16,498 bases of DNA from positions 1 to 16,498 of the forward strand of contig CBFIGT010000046.1 of assembly GCA_965662175.1 (NCBI GenBank). Reading direction: 5' to 3'. This DNA comes from Arcobacter sp. Lineage in GTDB: Bacteria; Campylobacterota; Campylobacteria; Campylobacterales; Arcobacteraceae. The position numbers and the translations under genes are program-made. Within the stretch, counting starts at the first letter, position 1. Each line of letters starts with the position of its first letter. The notes below the pieces were generated by a model that saw only the letters and a list, made by a program, of their open reading frames with translations, was not told where the DNA came from and ran no database searches. Positions 15,635 to 16,498 of the stretch are shown here, in pieces.

Positions 15635-16498
15635 TTTTATATAACCTAACTCTATTAACTTATTATAAATCTTTGTTACAGTAGGACCAGCAGCACTTCC
15701 ACCATGTCCACCATGCTCAACAAGAACGGTAACAGCATACTCAGGGTCTTTATAAGGTCCATAAGTTGTAAGCCAAGCGTGTGACCTATGGAAATAAGCC
15801 ATTTCACTCTCTTTCATTCTTTTTACTTCATCTTGTCTTATGGCAATAACCTGAGCTGTTCCTGTTTTTCCAGCTATTTGTAATTTTTTATTTATTCCTC
15901 TAGTATGCCAATAGGCTGTTCCCTCTTTATGATTTACAACTTCATACATACCTTTTTGTACAAGATCTAAGGCATCTTTATCAATATCTACATCTGTTGG
16001 TTCTTTATAAGCATCTTTAAAAAGATGAGGCGTTGGAAGCTTTCCTGTTGCCAAAAATGCTGTATATCTAGCTATTTGTATTGGAGTTGTATTTACATTA
16101 CCTTGACCAATTGATGAAATTAAAGTTTCACCTGTATACCATGGTTGATTATGTTTTCTTCTTTTCCAATACTCATCTGGATTAATACCTATAAACTCAT
16201 TCATTTGATCAATTCCAGTTTTTTGTCCAAATCCAAATTTTTCCATGGTTTTTGCAATATTATTTATACCTATTTTTTCACTAGCTTTATAAAAGAAATC
16301 ATCACAACTCTCTCTAATTGCTTTTTTAAAGTCAACTAAACCATGACCATCCTCTTTCCAACATCTAAAGTTTCTATTTGCAAACTCATAACTTCCTGTA
16401 CAGTTTACTTTGAAGTTTTTACTAATACCATGCTCTAAAAATGCCAAAGCAACACCCATTTTCCAAACAGAACCTGGAGGATAATATCCATTTACTAT
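15629..16498 (-). CDS. mrdA: Penicillin-binding protein 2, transpeptidase domain (5'-truncated by window edge)
   Basis: Frame is open to the window end: IVNGYYPPGSVWKM (SxxK), FRCWK..GHG, ESCDDFFY (SxD), SIGQG, AGKTGTAQ, HAW and VEHGGHG. Confidence 0.95.
   Translation of the reverse strand: MVNGYYPPGSVWKMGVALAFLEHGISKNFKVNCTGSYEFANRNFRCWKEDGHGLVDFKKAIRESCDDFFYKASEKIGINNIAKTMEKFGFGQKTGIDQMNEFIGINPDEYWKRRKHNQPWYTGETLISSIGQGNVNTTPIQIARYTAFLATGKLPTPHLFKDAYKEPTDVDIDKDALDLVQKGMYEVVNHKEGTAYWHTRGINKKLQIAGKTGTAQVIAIRQDEVKRMKESEMAYFHRSHAWLTTYGPYKDPEYAVTVLVEHGGHGGSAAGPTVTKIYNKLIELGYIKL

Noticed and set aside
16295..16312. PBP2 motif SxD instead of SxN
   Set aside because: SxD is normal for MrdA/PBP2.
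14158..16339. Plus-strand ORFs 14158-14391 and 16145-16339
   Set aside because: Antisense shadows of fliP and mrdA.
1..16498. CRISPR arrays, tRNA/rRNA, transposases or integrases, poly-G phase-variation tracts, defence systems
   Set aside because: None visible on reading; intergenic spaces are short apart from 13632-14105, which shows no repeat-spacer pattern or cloverleaf.

Overview
AT-rich chromosomal window, probably from an Arcobacteraceae-like member of Campylobacterota (inferred from low GC, gene order and TTTAGATAAAAT-type promoters). The left 8.3 kb is a tightly packed + strand housekeeping and envelope run: hslV (partial), hslU, a small receiver-like protein, tatD, an mltD-like SLT/LysM enzyme, rlpA, hisB, kdsC, lptC, lptA, yihA and a short ArgA-like GNAT. 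A - strand tripartite efflux operon (8341-13631) follows, with TolC, an unusually short adaptor and an RND permease split into two 6-TM half-genes. After a 474-nt intergenic region with a hairpin and an orphan RBS come fliP (-), a divergent degenerate family-3 solute-binding protein (+) and partial mrdA/PBP2 (-). Best leads: (1) the apparently genuine split RND with proton-relay residues on two polypeptides; (2) a near-perfect 15/16-nt direct repeat bracketing the efflux block, suggesting an island inserted between the convergent GNAT and fliP genes; (3) tatD lacks any ATG/GTG/TTG start and appears to begin at ATA overlapping the upstream stop. I saw no CRISPR array, tRNA, rRNA or transposase, and I cannot establish novelty without database searches.
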